Assembly: GCA_964016885.1 (NCBI GenBank)
Contig: OZ024763.1
Coordinates: forward strand, 29,450,001-29,514,000
Reading direction: 5' to 3'
Length of the DNA stretch: 64,000 nucleotides
From: Eledone cirrhosa
Taxonomy: Eukaryota
Shown here: positions 11,130 to 27,849 of the stretch, one piece after another
Layout: every line of letters begins with the position of its first letter
Numbering within the stretch: the first letter of the stretch is position 1
Notes under the pieces: model-generated
The model's database searches: none
What the model saw: the letters and a program-made list of their open reading frames with translations, nothing else
What the model was told of the DNA's origin: nothing
Made by a program: the position numbers and the translations under genes

Positions 11130-11460
11130 ATTTGTTGTTGTTACTTTTGTTGCTGCTGTTGTTGTTGTTGTTGTTGCTGTTGCTGTTGTTGTTGCTGTTG
11201 TTGCTGTTGTTGCTGTTGTTGTTGTTGTTGTTGTTGCTCTTGTTAATGTTGCTGCAGCTGTTGTTGTTGATGCTGTTAATGCTGTTATTATTGTTGTTGT
11301 TGTTATTGTTGTTGCTGTTGTTGCTGTTGGTGTTGTTATTGTTGGTGTTGCTACTGTTATTGGTGTTGATACTGTTGTCGTCGTTGTTGCTGTTGTTGTA
11401 GTTGCTGTTGTTGCTGTTATTGTTGTTGATACTGTTGTCGTTGTAGTTGTTGTTGTTGTT
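11130..11460. repeat. (GTT/GCT)n degenerate trinucleotide tract
   Basis: directly visible. Confidence 0.9.
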
Positions 11461-11842
11461 GTATATCTTTTGTTTGTAATTCCATCTGCCATTTCTTACC
11501 ATTCTTTTGTAAATTCTTCGCGTTTAGGCTGTTTATTCTTTTTTATTTTCTTTATTTTTGTGCAACCGTTGTTGTTGTTATTGTTGTTTCTTGTTGTTGT
11601 TGTTGTTGTTGCTGGTGGATCTTCTTCTCCTTTCTTTCTTTCTTTCTTTCTATTCTTCTAACCCCCTCTCCGTCTTCTTCACTCCAACCTCTTCAATCCT
11701 ACTGTCCCCCCCCCCGTATTCCCCACCTTATCATTCTCTATCTTTATTTTCACTCTGACGTCTTTTTCTTCTTCTTTTCCCTTTCCTTCTTCTTTTGCTT
11801 TTCCTCCTCTTTTCTTTCTTTCTTTGCACCTCTTTCTTGTTC

Positions 11843-11904
<62 letters not shown>

Positions 11905-12296
11905 AATATTTAACATATGTGTGACTGGATAAAAGTAAGTATAGTTGTGTTCATGTGTGTGTGTGTATGTGTGTGTGCATGTGTGTGTGCATGTGTATGT
12001 CTGTAAGAATTTTTAGCTTATGTGTGTCTGGATGTAAGTAAGTATAGTTTGTGTGTATGTATGTATGTATGTATTTGAATGCGTGTGTATGTGTATGTAT
12101 GTGTGTATCTGTAAGAATGTTTAACATATGTCATCCCAAAGGTAAAACAATGTCTCTAGTTGTTTATTGACATTTCAAAAAAAAATATTTCTTGCAAATA
12201 CCTCATATATATATAAATATACATACATATATATATAAATATACATACATATATATATATATATACACACATCTATATATATAAAAAAACACACAA

Positions 12297-12381
<85 letters not shown>

Positions 12382-12432
12382 AACACACACCCACACATAT
12401 ATATTAATATATATTTATATATACATATATAC

Positions 12433-12526
<94 letters not shown>

Positions 12527-12545
12527 GTATAGACATATATTTATA

Positions 12546-12581
<36 letters not shown>

Positions 12582-12593
12582 CATATAGACATA

Positions 12594-12637
<44 letters not shown>

Positions 12638-12713
12638 GACATATATTTATATATATATATATGCATATATATATATATATAGACATATAGACATATATTT
12701 ATATATATATATA

Positions 12714-12799
<86 letters not shown>

Positions 12800-13285
12800 T
12801 ATAGACATATATTTATATATATATATATATATATACATATACACATATGGACACACGGATAGGGGTATATACGTGTGTATGAATATATATCTATAAGGTA
12901 GTTACATATGTATTTAGATATGTTTATACCTGTTTGCGAATGTCCATGTTATGTATAGACGTATATATTAAAATACAAATATATTTATATACACACCTAT
13001 ATAAATAAATACACGCAACAAAATATATACGATGCTATTGTTGTAGGCTTAAAAGTAAAACTGCGATAGTGTTACAGGTTTATATGTATATATTTGTAAT
13101 CAAACTGCTTCTTACTGTGTGATGATGATACTTAGGCATATGTTATTTAGGCAGATGTCCTCACTGAGAAAGTTCCCTTGACATTACTTTGTTGTTGTTG
13201 TTGTTGTTGTTGTACTTCTTCTTTTTCTTTTTCTTTTTCATTTTCTTTTTTTTCCTTTTTTTCTTTTTTTTTCTTTTTCTTTTTC

Positions 13286-13316
<31 letters not shown>

Positions 13317-13362
13317 TTTCTTTTTCTTTTTCTTCTTCTTCTTCTTCTTCGTCTTCTTCCTG

Positions 13363-13600
13363 AGAAGGTCGTGGGAGCATAGTCTTTAAACACTCCTTCC
13401 AGCGGGTCATATCAGGGGCTACCGTCTCCAACTGATCCGGCTGGAGCCCAGTCAAGCTCATGGACCTTATCCAACCATCTTGTTAGGGGTCTCCTTTCTT
13501 TCTGTCCTAACATCAGGTTAAGCGTATGTGGATTCAAGCTTCGCTGAAGAGGCATAATATGTCTGGAAGAAACGTGCACCGTGTTTAATCCGTACTTAGA
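13363..13600 (-). mobile_element. RTE-clade LINE 3' end remnant followed by a GAA-rich tail (13215-13360)
   Basis: frameshifted translation HVSSRH..LNLMLG..RRPLTRWLDKV / LTGLQPDQLETVAPDMTRWKECL, resembling the RTE C-terminus; paralog near 60010-60140. Confidence 0.65.
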
Positions 13601-13644
13601 CAAGACATATTCTCTACAGAATGTTTTCCTTCAGATTGTAATAG

Positions 13645-13800
13645 TTACCACCACCACCACCAACAACAACAACACCATTACTACCACCACCACCAACAAT
13701 AACAACAACACCACCACCATCATTAACACCACAACCACCCATTACCAACACCACAACAAACTATACCACCACAACCAACGCAAAAACGAACACCATTATC

Positions 13801-13831
<31 letters not shown>

Positions 13832-14455
13832 CCAACAACAAAAACACTAGCACAAATATCATTGCCCCACCACCACTACCACCACCACCACAACCACCAC
13901 TTCAACCATCATTACCACAACACCAACAACAACAACACCTCAACCATCATTACCACCACACAACCAACAACACCAGCACAACCATCATTACCCTAGCACC
14001 ACAACCACCACCACCACCATCACCCCAACCAATACCACCACCACTACCACCACCACTACAACCACAACTACCAACACTACCACCACCACAACCACAACTA
14101 CCAACACTACCACCACCACAACCACCATCACCATCACAACAAATACCACTACCGATACCATCACCACCACCACAACCCTCATCACCACCACCCTCATCAC
14201 CACCACCATCACCACCACCACCATCACCACAACTACCACCACCACCACCACCACTATGTCACCACCACCACCACCACTATACCACCACCATACCACCACC
14301 ACCACAAACACTACCACCACCACAACCCCCATCACCATCACAACAAATACCACTACCGATACCACCTCCGCCACAACAACCCTCATCACCACAACTACCA
14401 CCACCACCACCACCACCACCACCACCACCACCACCACCACTATACCACCACCACT
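13645..14455. repeat. (ACC/AAC)n degenerate trinucleotide region
   Basis: directly visible. Confidence 0.9.
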
Positions 14456-14651
14456 GAAAGAAGTGATTTTGTCCGCGATTAAAGAAAGTTAAAGATTTTT
14501 TTTTTCTTCCAAAATATTTATTTATTTATTTATATTTTGGTGCCAGACACATTTATAAGTGATAACTTTTCTCACCAGGTGTCTCTGTCTACTGTTGCAA
14601 TCTAAGCCAGCTATTCTTTCTATATCTCTTGTTCGTCTTTGGCTATCTTGG

Positions 14652-14692
<41 letters not shown>

Positions 14693-14894
14693 CGTGGTGG
14701 TGGTGGTGGTGACATTACTACTACTACTACTGCTGCTGCTACTACTACTACTGCTGCTGCTACTACTACTGCTGCTGCTATTACTGCTACCACTACTACT
14801 ACCACTACTACTTCAACTACTATTCCCACCAACACTACTGCTGTTAGTACTACAACTACCACCATTACTACTACTACTACTACTACTATCACTA

Positions 14895-15575
14895 CTACTA
14901 AGGTGATTTTCACCACTACTACCACCATTACTTACCACCATTACTACTATCACCACCACCACCACCACCACCAATACCATTACTACTACTACTGACGCTA
15001 TCACCACCACTACTACTACTATCAATACTACCACCATTACTACCACCACCACGACCACCATTAATTACCACCATTACTACTATCACCACCACCACCAATA
15101 CCATTACTACTACTACTGACGCTATCACCACCACTACTACTACTATCAATACTACCACCATTACTACCACCACCACGACCACCATTACTTGCCACCATTA
15201 CTACTATCACCACCACCACCAATACCATTACTACTACTACTGACGCTATCACCACCACTACGTCTACTACTATCAATACTACCACCATTACTACCACCGC
15301 CACCACTACCATTACTTACCACCATTACTACTATCACCACCACCACCACCAATACCATTACTACTACTACTGAGGCTATCACCACCACTACGTCTACTAC
15401 TATCAATACTACCACCATTACTACCACCACCACGACCACCATTACTTACCACCATTACTACTATCACCACCACCACCAATACCATTACTACTACTACTGA
15501 GGCTATCACCACCACTACGTCTACTACTATCAATACTACCACCATTACTACCACCGCCACCACTACCAATACTAC
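14895..15575. repeat. tandem repeat of ~124-133 bp, about 5 copies, built from ACT/ACC triplets
   Basis: recurring ...ccaataccattactactactactgacgctatcaccaccactac...tatcaatactaccaccattac. Confidence 0.88.
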
Positions 15576-15707
15576 CACCACCACCACTACCTCTGCTACC
15601 CTAACTAACAATAGCTTTCATCAGCCGCCGTATTATCAGTAACGCCAAAATATATCAGAGACACAGCGGGGAGTTATTATTTCTGTCCCAAACTTAGGAA
15701 CAGTAAC

Positions 15708-15740
<33 letters not shown>

Positions 15741-15743
15741 TTG

Positions 15744-15819
<76 letters not shown>

Positions 15820-16060
15820 CACTACTACTAATACTACTACTATTGCTACTACTAATACTACTACTATTGCTACTACTTCTACTACTACTGCTGCTACCAC
15901 TACTACTAATACTACTACTATTGCTACTACTAATACTACTACTATTGCTACTACTTCTACTACTACTGCTACCACTACTACTATTATTTCTGTACCCGAA
16001 CCTAGGAACTGTAAACCACTTGGATTCACTTCTATATCTTGTGCAATTAAAAGACAAGAG

Positions 16061-16414
16061 AAATTATTTTTGGTTCAAGGACAGCAATAACCTCAGTGCA
16101 TTACTGGTACTTTATTTTATCGGATCCGTAAGAATGAAAGGCAAAGTTAACCTCGGCGGGATTTGAAAGCAGAACGTAAAGAGACATAACTCTATGCTAT
16201 ATAATACTTGCTTCTACTTTTCGTACAAGGTTGGCACAAGGTTGGCACAAGGCCAGCAATTACCCCAGTGCATTACTGGCGCTTTATTTTATCGACCCCG
16301 TAAGGATGAAAGGTAAAGTTAACCTCGGTGGGATTTGAACTCAGACCATACAGGGCCTTAACTCTATGCTGCAAAGCATGGCGTCCGACACTCTACCGAT
16401 ACTGCCAATCCACC
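16061..16414 (-). mobile_element. two tandem SINE family A copies (16061-16199; 16205-16414)
   Basis: reverse-complement SINE body twice; the second has a triplicated acaaggttggc motif in the tail. Confidence 0.9.
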
Positions 16415-16769
16415 AAATAATAACAATGGCCGATGTCTGGGACATATGTGGTTCGGTTTTGAATGGTGGCCGATGATAACTGCTTTTCCCGTCTTTAAGG
16501 TTATTCACGCTATTTTATAAGGGATTTCATAGCATCCCTGCACATGAACACATCATTCTTGATATTACTACTTTTACAAAAAACAATAATAACACCAACA
16601 ACAACAATGTCGTCAGCTGGGAATTTAAGGGGTCTTTTTTTTTTTCTTTGTAAAGTAAACCTGTGACAGAAACTTACCTCGATATGTTTGTTTTCACATA
16701 CCTAAAGAACGGTGGGTTAAACCAGTTTATATTTCATATGGCTTCCATACTCCTGGGAATATATATACA

Positions 16770-17900
<1,131 letters not shown>

Positions 17901-18094
17901 ATATTATTATTATTATTATTATTATTGTTGTTGTTGCTTCGGTAGGAACCTGATATCTTCATTGTAACGGCATTCATTGCGGAGGCGATGTCGTACATCT
18001 GCGCTCGCTGCGTGGTCGAGACAATTCTTCTTTATCAACAGATCTGCCTGATACTCTCACCTACTTATATTCTCAGTCAGTCTCCTATATTTAT

Positions 18095-18130
<36 letters not shown>

Positions 18131-18276
18131 TAGGGGTGTGTGCAACCCCCATCACGTCCCCTCCCTTTTGAGGTTATTTTCGATTATTTTCATGTTACAC
18201 CCTTTTTACTCGATTATATGTAAACTCCCCCTTTGTATTTGTCCCTTCTTTTTATGCCTTTATGGTAAATAAAGAA

Positions 18277-18330
<54 letters not shown>

Positions 18331-18395
18331 GTATATATATATATTATATTTTTCTTCTTTCTTGTAAAAATATATTTGCTAGAAAAGGGGTGAGA

Positions 18396-18482
<87 letters not shown>

Positions 18483-18589
18483 TCTCTCTCTCTCTCCGCA
18501 TATGTTAACTGCGGGAGGCGGGGAACAGCTTCTAGTCGGTAGATAGGCCTGCTAGATATAGCAGCTAAACTATACATGAAATCTCGATT

Positions 18590-18672
18590 CTTCCTTTGGC
18601 ACAAGGCCAGCAATTATCCCAGTGTATTACTGGTGTTTTATTTTATCTACCCCCGTAATATAATGCACACAC

Positions 18673-18710
<38 letters not shown>

Positions 18711-18732
18711 ACACACACATACACACACACAC

Positions 18733-18771
<39 letters not shown>

Positions 18772-18926
18772 GTTTCTTTGTTGGCCACAAGGGCTAACAT
18801 GAAGAAAACCATTACAGACGGCACAGGACGATTCAAAGTGGGTTTTGGCCGAATATTTGTTAATACTTTTGGCACAAGACCAGCAATTATCCCAGTACAT
18901 TACTGGTACTTTATTTTATCGGTCCC

Positions 18927-18964
<38 letters not shown>

Positions 18965-19052
18965 TGTTTCTACTTTAGGCACAAGGCCAGCAATTACCCA
19001 GTACATTACTGGTACTTTATTTTATGGACCCCCGTAAGGATGAAGGGCAAAT
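18590..19052 (-). mobile_element. three strongly 5'-truncated SINE family A tails (18590-18657, 18866-18929, 18962-19052)
   Basis: ggcacaag.ccagcaatta.ccagt..attactggt.ctttatttta repeated three times. Confidence 0.85.
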
Positions 19053-19080
19053 AATACAAGGGCAAATTTGTTAAGCCTTC

Positions 19081-19177
19081 ATTACGTTTATTGATTGGTG
19101 ACGCGCGTATCACTATTACTCAGCTCTAGGTTCGATCTGCATGGACCTGGCCTGACTCTGGAATCAAAAGCTCGTCG
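19081..19177 (-). mobile_element. PLE pLTR-like dispersed repeat, inverted paralog of 53467-53562
   Basis: attacgttta..gtgacgcgcgt..ggttcgatctg..ggcctgactc.ggaatcaaaa matches the reverse complement of 53467-53562. Confidence 0.6.
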
Positions 19178-19276
19178 TACATCTACTGAGTATAGCTCTA
19201 CATCTCGCTACAGACGTGAACCTAAGCGTCGAGTGCTCTCTTGGGTAAACCTATAGTAACTTCACGTTACACTACC

Positions 19277-19307
<31 letters not shown>

Positions 19308-19614
19308 CCTAACTCGTGTGCTTCCTCTCCACATTTTATTATTATTATTATATATATATTTATATATATATATCTATATATACACACATATATATATATA
19401 TACATATATATATATATTTACATATATATATATACATATATATATATATATTTACACATATATGTACATATATGTATATATATATATACATATATGTATA
19501 TATATACATATATGTATATATATATACATATACATATATGTATATATATATACATATACATATATGTATATATATATATACATATACATATATGTATATA
19601 TATATACATATATG

Positions 19615-19646
<32 letters not shown>

Positions 19647-19811
19647 CATATATGTATATATATACATATATGTATATATATACATATATGTATATATATA
19701 CATATACATATATATATACATATATATATATATACATATATGTATATATATACATATATGTATATATATACATATATGTATATATATATATACATACATA
19801 TATATATATAT

Positions 19812-19860
<49 letters not shown>

Positions 19861-19938
19861 CACACACATATATATACACATATATATATATATATGCATA
19901 TATATATATACATATGTATATATATACATATATAAATA

Positions 19939-20054
<116 letters not shown>

Positions 20055-20266
20055 TATATTGTTTTAAATGATTCAGAGGCGCTGTAGTAGAGAAAGTCCA
20101 TGGAAAATCTTGGCACGGGAGGTGCGAATGGCTCCCAGATCGCAGATTAGTGTTGATCCTTTTTTACTGATGATGATGGTGCTACGGTTGCTAGTGTTAG
20201 TGTCACTACTACTACTACTACTACTGCTACTACTACTACTACTACCACTACTACTACTACTACCAG

Positions 20267-20298
<32 letters not shown>

Positions 20299-20299
20299 T

Positions 20300-20344
<45 letters not shown>

Positions 20345-21265
20345 AACCATCACTCAACTGCGATCAACATCAACGACACCGCCCATCATCACCACTGGTA
20401 CTAACACCACTATAAGATGACAAAAGAACGCAATGTATTGGAGGAGTCTTCGCTGGAAAAGACATATTCAACCCAAGCAACCATAAAGAACAAAACGGAC
20501 GAAAGATGGCGCTCATATGGACGACATATGGTCGACTTGATGAAGGTAGTTAAGGCATAACTGAAAAAGATCAAAACACCACAAATCATCTGTGGTTCTA
20601 CTTTATTTGCGCCACCCAAGGTGTCCAAAATGGCTGAATGTTTGATGGGTTTTTAAACCTGATGTAAAGGTCGAGTTGGCATGTGTTTTACTAACTATAC
20701 ACAACCACTCCCGGGGATCCTAATAGGTAAATGTCAGCAGAAGGACACACAGGAATCATAACATGGATGCAGCCCGTCCCCCATTAGAGTGTAAGATGTT
20801 AAAGGCCTAATGACTCGGTTGAACAGGGGTTCATGTCTGAAGACCTTCTGCTATCCTGCCCAGCTCTCCTGGGAGTTTCTTAGCACTAGCTGTTTCCTTC
20901 TTTCAAGTGGTGTTTTCTTTCTTTTTTTTTTTTTTTCTTCAGGGGTAGGATAGATGATGCAGATGAAATGACGATGATGATGATGACATTTCTAGGGTCT
21001 TTTGTGGTGGATGTGGGGTTATTTGGGTGATAAGGGTCACGAAGATTTTCTTTGATGAGTTGGCGAAAGATTGATCTGACCGGCTTCTTGTCATATTTCT
21101 TACATAGACTCACATATACTGCACATGAATACATGTACACACATACACACACATACATATATGTATACATATATATATATATATATATATGCATACACAA
21201 ACACATATATATGTATATACATACACATATATATTTATATATGTATTTATGTGTCAGTGTTTATG

Positions 21266-21298
<33 letters not shown>

Positions 21299-21424
21299 AA
21301 AGTATGTTATTTATATAAGGTAAGAGAATTATAGTAATGAATTATGTATATATATGTATACACAGACACACACAATCATATATGTATGTATGTATGTGTG
21401 AGTGTGTATGTATGTGTATATATA

Positions 21425-21460
<36 letters not shown>

Positions 21461-22211
21461 CGCGGGGAGCGTGTGTGTAAGTGTATATTATTTTAAAAAG
21501 GTAAGATAATTAAAGTCATAAATTATTTTAGAATACAAACACAAAATTGTATTTGATATTGAAGCAAAGCATGTGCTATATGTAGTTATATTAATGCTTT
21601 ATGTAAATATATGTATATATACCCTTTCAGCTGGGGGTCGGACCTATTGCTAACCAGCCTTCCCTTGTACCCTGCTAAACCTGCTAACCTTCGGTCCCTG
21701 TGGTGGGAATAGAGGCAGGGTTTGGCAATGAACCGAATCTTCAATGTTAGACCTAACACATCGTATGGTTAAACGATATCAACACCGTGACAAACACTTC
21801 ACACTACAAACCAAGACCACCACGGACCCCATAAATACCCCCCCCCCCCACCCCTCAATAAACATCACCACCTCCACCAACACTACCGCTGCATCAACAC
21901 CACCATTGCCATCAACACCATAATCACCATCACCACCACCACCATTGCCATCACGACCATAATCACCATCACCACCACCATTGCCATCACGACCATAATC
22001 ACCACGGTAAACATCACCACCACTACCATCACCAGAACCATCATCACCACCACCACCACCACCACTTTAAACATCATCGTGAAAAAGCACCAACACCAAC
22101 ATCAATGTCATCATTCGCCTCCTCCAATAATGCGACTACCACTAACCAACACCACCACCACCACCACCACAGCAACCATTATCTCTTCTAACACCACCAC
22201 GACCATCATTA

Positions 22212-22780
22212 TGGCAGTATCGGTAGAGGGTCGGGCGCCATGCTTTGCAGCAAAGAGTTACGGCCCTTTATGATCTGATTTCAAATCCCGCAGAAGTTAA
22301 CTTCACGTTTCATCCTTACGGGGTCGATAAAATAAAGTACCAGTAATGCACTGGGATAATTTCTGGCCTTGTGCCAAAAGTAGAAATAATTATTACTAAG
22401 CTGAAAAAGGCGCTGGATTGGCAGAATCAGTAGAGTGTCGGACATTATGCTTTGCGACATTGAGTTATGGCCTTTTACGTTCTGAGTTCAAATCCCGCCG
22501 AGGTTAACTTCACCTTTCATCCTTACGGGGTCGATAAAATAAAGTACCAGTAATGCACTGGGATAATTGCTGGCCTTGTGCCAAAAGTAAAAATAATTAT
22601 TATCAACACCACACCACCACCATTACCAACACCACCACCACCACAGGAAGCCTTATCGCTACTAACACCAACACGACCATCATTATAAGCCGAGGTTAAC
22701 TTTGCCTTTCATCCTTACGTGGTCGATAAAATAAAGTACCAGTAATTGCTGGCCTTGTGCCTAAAGTAGAAACAATTATT
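22212..22780 (+). mobile_element. cluster of three SINE family A copies (22212-22393, 22409-22600, 22689-22780)
   Basis: SINE body and tail three times in the same orientation. Confidence 0.9.
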
Positions 22781-23004
22781 ATCAACACCATCACCATCAC
22801 TAAAGCAAGCAACGCTAACACCGCCAACATTACATAGAAGGTCCCGTAAATCCTAATAGAGATGTAGAAGCACCTTAGTGACGTTACTAGAACATGTTAA
22901 GCCTGACGGAGTCCATCTAAACCATCTCTAGGTTTGAATACAGCAGATTCCTACCAGAGAAGAATAAAAAGTGAGAGGGGGCAAACGAGAAAGAGATACA
23001 GTGA

Positions 23005-23157
23005 AAGAATTGACCCCAGTACTAGACTGGTATTTTTTTTATCGATCTCAAAAAAGTGTCAAATTTGCTTTCGGCAGGATTTGAACTCAAAGAGCAAGTT
23101 TGAATGCCACAAAGGATTCTATCTGACGTTGTAACGACTCGGCCATATCGCCGCCTA
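23005..23157 (-). mobile_element. old diverged SINE related to family A
   Basis: gaccccagtactagactggta..ttatcga..cggcaggatttgaactca. Confidence 0.65.
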
Positions 23158-23423
23158 TAGCAGGCATTAAGGTCTAAAAACCGACTGGATGGTTATAGCT
23201 GGACCGGCTTTGATCACATGTCTGTTCGTTCGAACTTGGCCTCTGACAAAACAATAACAATTTCCTTCAACTAACACTTCCGGTGCCGTCGCCGCCGCCA
23301 CCCACACACCTTCGACCGGAAGTAAGTCGGTTAATGTCATCACCTCACATATGTTTAAACTGACCATATCAAAGGACAGCATGAACGCACATTCAGACCA
23401 CACAAACACAAACAGAATGATGA

Positions 23424-23474
<51 letters not shown>

Positions 23475-23481
<7 letters not shown>

Positions 23482-24176
23482 GACGTAAAATAAGAAAATT
23501 ATAATAATTAACTTACTCACTTAAGTTTCACTCCAACTAATTAGTTTCTGAAAGGGGATATACATAGTGTTCAAAACTATGGAGAATTCCTTTCTTTCTC
23601 AGGGAGTCAATTCTCGGCTAAGATCCCTGGCGATAGGCGGACACAGGTAGCTCAAACAAAAATAATTCAGTGAATCGAAAAGAGGCAAGCGCGGACTAAA
23701 TTTCAAGACACTAAAAATTTCACTATCTTCCCGGTCAGTTGCAAATTCAAAAGAAACAATCACATGACATCGAGATTAATCAGTGAGGAGTGGGGTGTTA
23801 AAAAGACAGTAGCCAAAATATTACTATGAATTAGTAGTAATTCAGGCAAATTTTTGATCAACAAATAATTTGGAGATAATTATAAAGAATTAGTATATCT
23901 ACCATCATATTTATACAGAAGTATACCTATGCTAGCAAGATATTGGTTTTGTCTTAGTAACTTTGTGGTTCAATAGACAGTAGCCAAAATATTATCTCCA
24001 AATTATTTGTTGAGCAAAAATTTGCCTGAATTACTCCTCTGATTCATAGTAATATTTTGGGTGCTGTCAAGTAAGTAAGTTAATTATTATAATTTTCTTA
24101 TTTTACGTCTTTCACATTTTTGTATTGAACGACAAAGTTACTAAGACAAAACCTATATCTTGCTAGCATAAGTATA
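23475..24176. repeat. three interleaved inverted-repeat pairs (order A-B-C-B'-A'-C')
   Basis: A 23475-23522 / 24069-24117; B 23804-23880 / 23990-24068; C 23921-23975 / 24122-24176. Confidence 0.85.
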
Positions 24177-24179
24177 CGA

Positions 24180-25035
24180 TTTTGCACAGCTTAATCCAGT
24201 CTCAATCTAGCACAGACCACCAACAGTATGTAAATGAACTAAGCCAATACAAGTGAAAATAAAACATTTCAAAATACACCAGCTTCACTAGAAACTATCA
24301 CCGCAAAACATCCTTCACTTTATAGTATCTCGGCTCAATTCAACTCAGTTAAGCCCAGCTGTACGTATACGGTTCAGCTCAGACCAGCTTAATCCAACCT
24401 CAATCAAGCCCAATGATCCAGCATATATGAGTGAAGACAAAACATCTCAAAACTGCACCCAGCTCTACTTATCGCTATCAGCTCAAATCAATTCTACTTG
24501 AGATCCAGGCTCAAGCCAAACCAGCTCCGATTACATCTATCCAAGTGAAGCTAAAATAGCTAAAAAACACCCCAACTCTACTTAACTCTATCAGCTCAAC
24601 TCAACTATACTTGAGATTATCCCTGCTCAACATAGTCCAGCCCAACCAAGCCTCAACACAGCTCCACTTAACATCATCAGCTCAACTTAGATCTACTTGA
24701 GACAATCCCAGCTCAACATAACCCAGTCCAACCCAGCCCAAATGCAGCTCTACTTAAAATCATTAGCTCAACTCAGATCTACTTGAGACAATCCGAGCTC
24801 AACATAACCCAGTCAAACCCAGCCTCAACACAGCTCTACTTAACGCCATCAACTCAACTTAGATCTACTTGAGATTATTCCAGCTCAACTTAATCCAGTC
24901 CAACACAGCCTCAACACAGCTCTACTTAACACCATCAGCTCAACTCAGATCTACTTGAGACAACCCAGCTCAACATAACCCAGTCCAACCCAGCCTCAGT
25001 TCAACGCACCCTCAAACCAAACCAAACCAGCCTCC
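24180..25035. repeat. CCAGCTCAAC-based repeat with ~86-bp higher-order unit (about 6 copies)
   Basis: gatctacttgaga landmark near 24690, 24776, 24862, 24948. Confidence 0.88.
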
Positions 25036-25514
25036 GCCGCTCAAGCACTCTCCAGTAATAGATAAAGTCTTAAAGACACAAATGACAGTCATTCTGCTAT
25101 ATTACAAAGCAACGGTCGTTGTCACTTGAACATCTCATTGTCTCGGAAAATCTTATCAAACGGTGTTTTGGTCTTTTTAATTTCCGTTCGTGTCAGATAT
25201 TTCGATGTAGATCGAATCACCATCATCATCGACAGCACCAGCATTGTCAGCAGCAGCAGTAGCATCAATAGTAGCAGCGACATCAGCAACAGCAGTAGCA
25301 AAGCAATAGAACACGTGCGCTATTTTCTTCTGCAAGCAGAGACTCGCATACATAGATATATATATAAGTGCACACACATATATAGACATACATATATAGA
25401 TACACGCACATACGTACACATATACATACATGCAGGCACACATGCATACAAATGATTATATATATATATATATATATATATATGCCTATGTATGTATGTG
25501 GTTATCTCTCTCTC

Positions 25515-25634
<120 letters not shown>

Positions 25635-25970
25635 GCATATATAACCACATATATAATACATAGGCACATACATATATACACACATGCATACATACGCATA
25701 TATATATATATATATGTGTGTGTATACATACACAGATACATATGTACACACACTTACAAATATACATACATATACATATATACGCATTGATATATGCATA
25801 TGTCTGTGACTGTCTTATGCTTGTGGGTGTTTATATGAGTTTATTAGTCTGTTCGACTGTTGGTTTGTTCGTCTGTAGATCTGTAGGTCTGGAGATCTGT
25901 TCGTCTGTTCGTCTATGGGTTTTATCCTTGTCAGGATTCAGTTTGACTGACTGTCTGCTTGCAATGTGCA

Positions 25971-26060
<90 letters not shown>

Positions 26061-26342
26061 TCTCTCTCTCTCTCTCTCTCCCTTCTTCTTTCCCTTACCC
26101 TCCCTTTTTCTCTTTCTCGTGATTTCTCTCTCTCTCTCTCTCCATATATATATAGTTATATATACTCATATGTAAGCATATATATATGTGTATTACATAT
26201 AAATATATATGTATATATGCCTATATGTAATCATGTATATGTGTATTACAGACAAACACATAACTATATATACATATATATGGGGAGGGGGTATGACAGT
26301 GTATATGTCAAAATATACAAATTTATATATCCATATATATCC

Positions 26343-26437
<95 letters not shown>

Positions 26438-26449
26438 GAGTGTGTGTGA

Positions 26450-26484
<35 letters not shown>

Positions 26485-26699
26485 GTGTGTGAGATTGATT
26501 TTATCGGTTTTCCCATTCTGACACAAACGACAACCCTGTTTATATTGAGTTAATTCAAATTTCTACACTACCCACCTCCATCTCTACACTACCAGCCTCC
26601 ACCGCTACACCAGCCATCTCCACCTCTCTACACGTATCCCATTCTACGCCACACACTCCTCACACTTCTACTCATTACTACCATCATTACACTTAGTGT

Positions 26700-27620
26700 C
26701 ACTACTGAAATTGTTGTTGTTGTTGCTGTTGTCGTAGCTAATTCTGATGATGATGATGATGATGATAGAGTAGATAGTGGTGATGGTGGTGTTATTGTTG
26801 TTGTTGATGGTGGTATTGGTGGTGGTGGTGGTGGTGGTGGTGAAGGTGGTAATGATGTTGGTGATGATGGTGGTGTTTGTGATGATGGTGATACTGTTGG
26901 TGATGGTAATGGTGATAGTTGTGGCATTTTTGGTGATGGTGGTGATGTTGGTGATGGAGGTGTTGCTTGTGGTGATGGGGATGATGTTTGTGGTGTTGGT
27001 GGTGGTGTTGGTGCTGGTGCTGGTGGTGTTGATGGTGGTAGTGGTGGTGCTGGTGGTGTTGGCAGCGTTGGTGACCAAGGTGCTTGTGTTTCTGATGTTT
27101 GTGATGGTGATGATGATGCTAGTGTGGATAGTGTTTGTATTGGTGGTGATCCTGACGATGGTGTTGATGATGATGATCCTGTGGACAGTGGTGGTGTATT
27201 GGTGGCGATGGTGATGATAGCAGCAACTACAGCAACAACCACAACTACAACCACAACAACAATCAAAACAACCACAACAACCACAACAACAGCCACAATA
27301 ACAACCACAACAACCACAACAACAACCACAACAACAACAACCACAACAACCACAACAACAACCACAAGAACAACCACAACCACAACCACAACGACATCAA
27401 CGACAACAACCACAACCACGACATCAACGACAACAACCACAACAACCACAACAACAACCACAAAAACAACCACAAAAACAACCACAAAAACAACCACAAA
27501 AACAACCACCACAACAACCACAACTACAACCACAACCACAACTATAACAACAACAACAACAACAACAACCACAACAACCACAACCACAACCACAACCACA
27601 ACAACCACGACAACAACAAG
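26700..27620. repeat. (GGT/GAT)n then (ACA/ACC)n low-complexity tract
   Basis: directly visible. Confidence 0.85.
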
Positions 27621-27849
27621 TCAACGTGGGAACGGGAAACGTCTTTGAGATTAATCCTAGTACTAGAAATGACAACCACATCTCCCTCAAATCAAACTCA
27701 TTCATCTTCAATTAGGATAGGACACGTTCGATCATGTAAACATATAAAATGCCTGTGAAAAAATAACAGGATGGTCACGGCTGGAAAACTTTGGAACAAT
27801 TATGGCGATGATGTGGCGGGATTGGGTGAGAATAATGGTGGTGGCAATG

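Noticed and set aside
13544-13580. CTGAAGA-hairpin-GAAA
   Set aside because: Five extra bases precede GAAA, stem I is absent, and it lies antisense within a LINE remnant.
20080-21780. Short unique blocks vaguely like RTE LINE pieces
   Set aside because: Motif similarity is too weak to call without a search.
25134-25330. Possible minus-strand exon after a ctctgcttgcag acceptor
   Set aside because: Short frames dominated by a CTG/GAT triplet tract, with no recognisable homology or partner exons.
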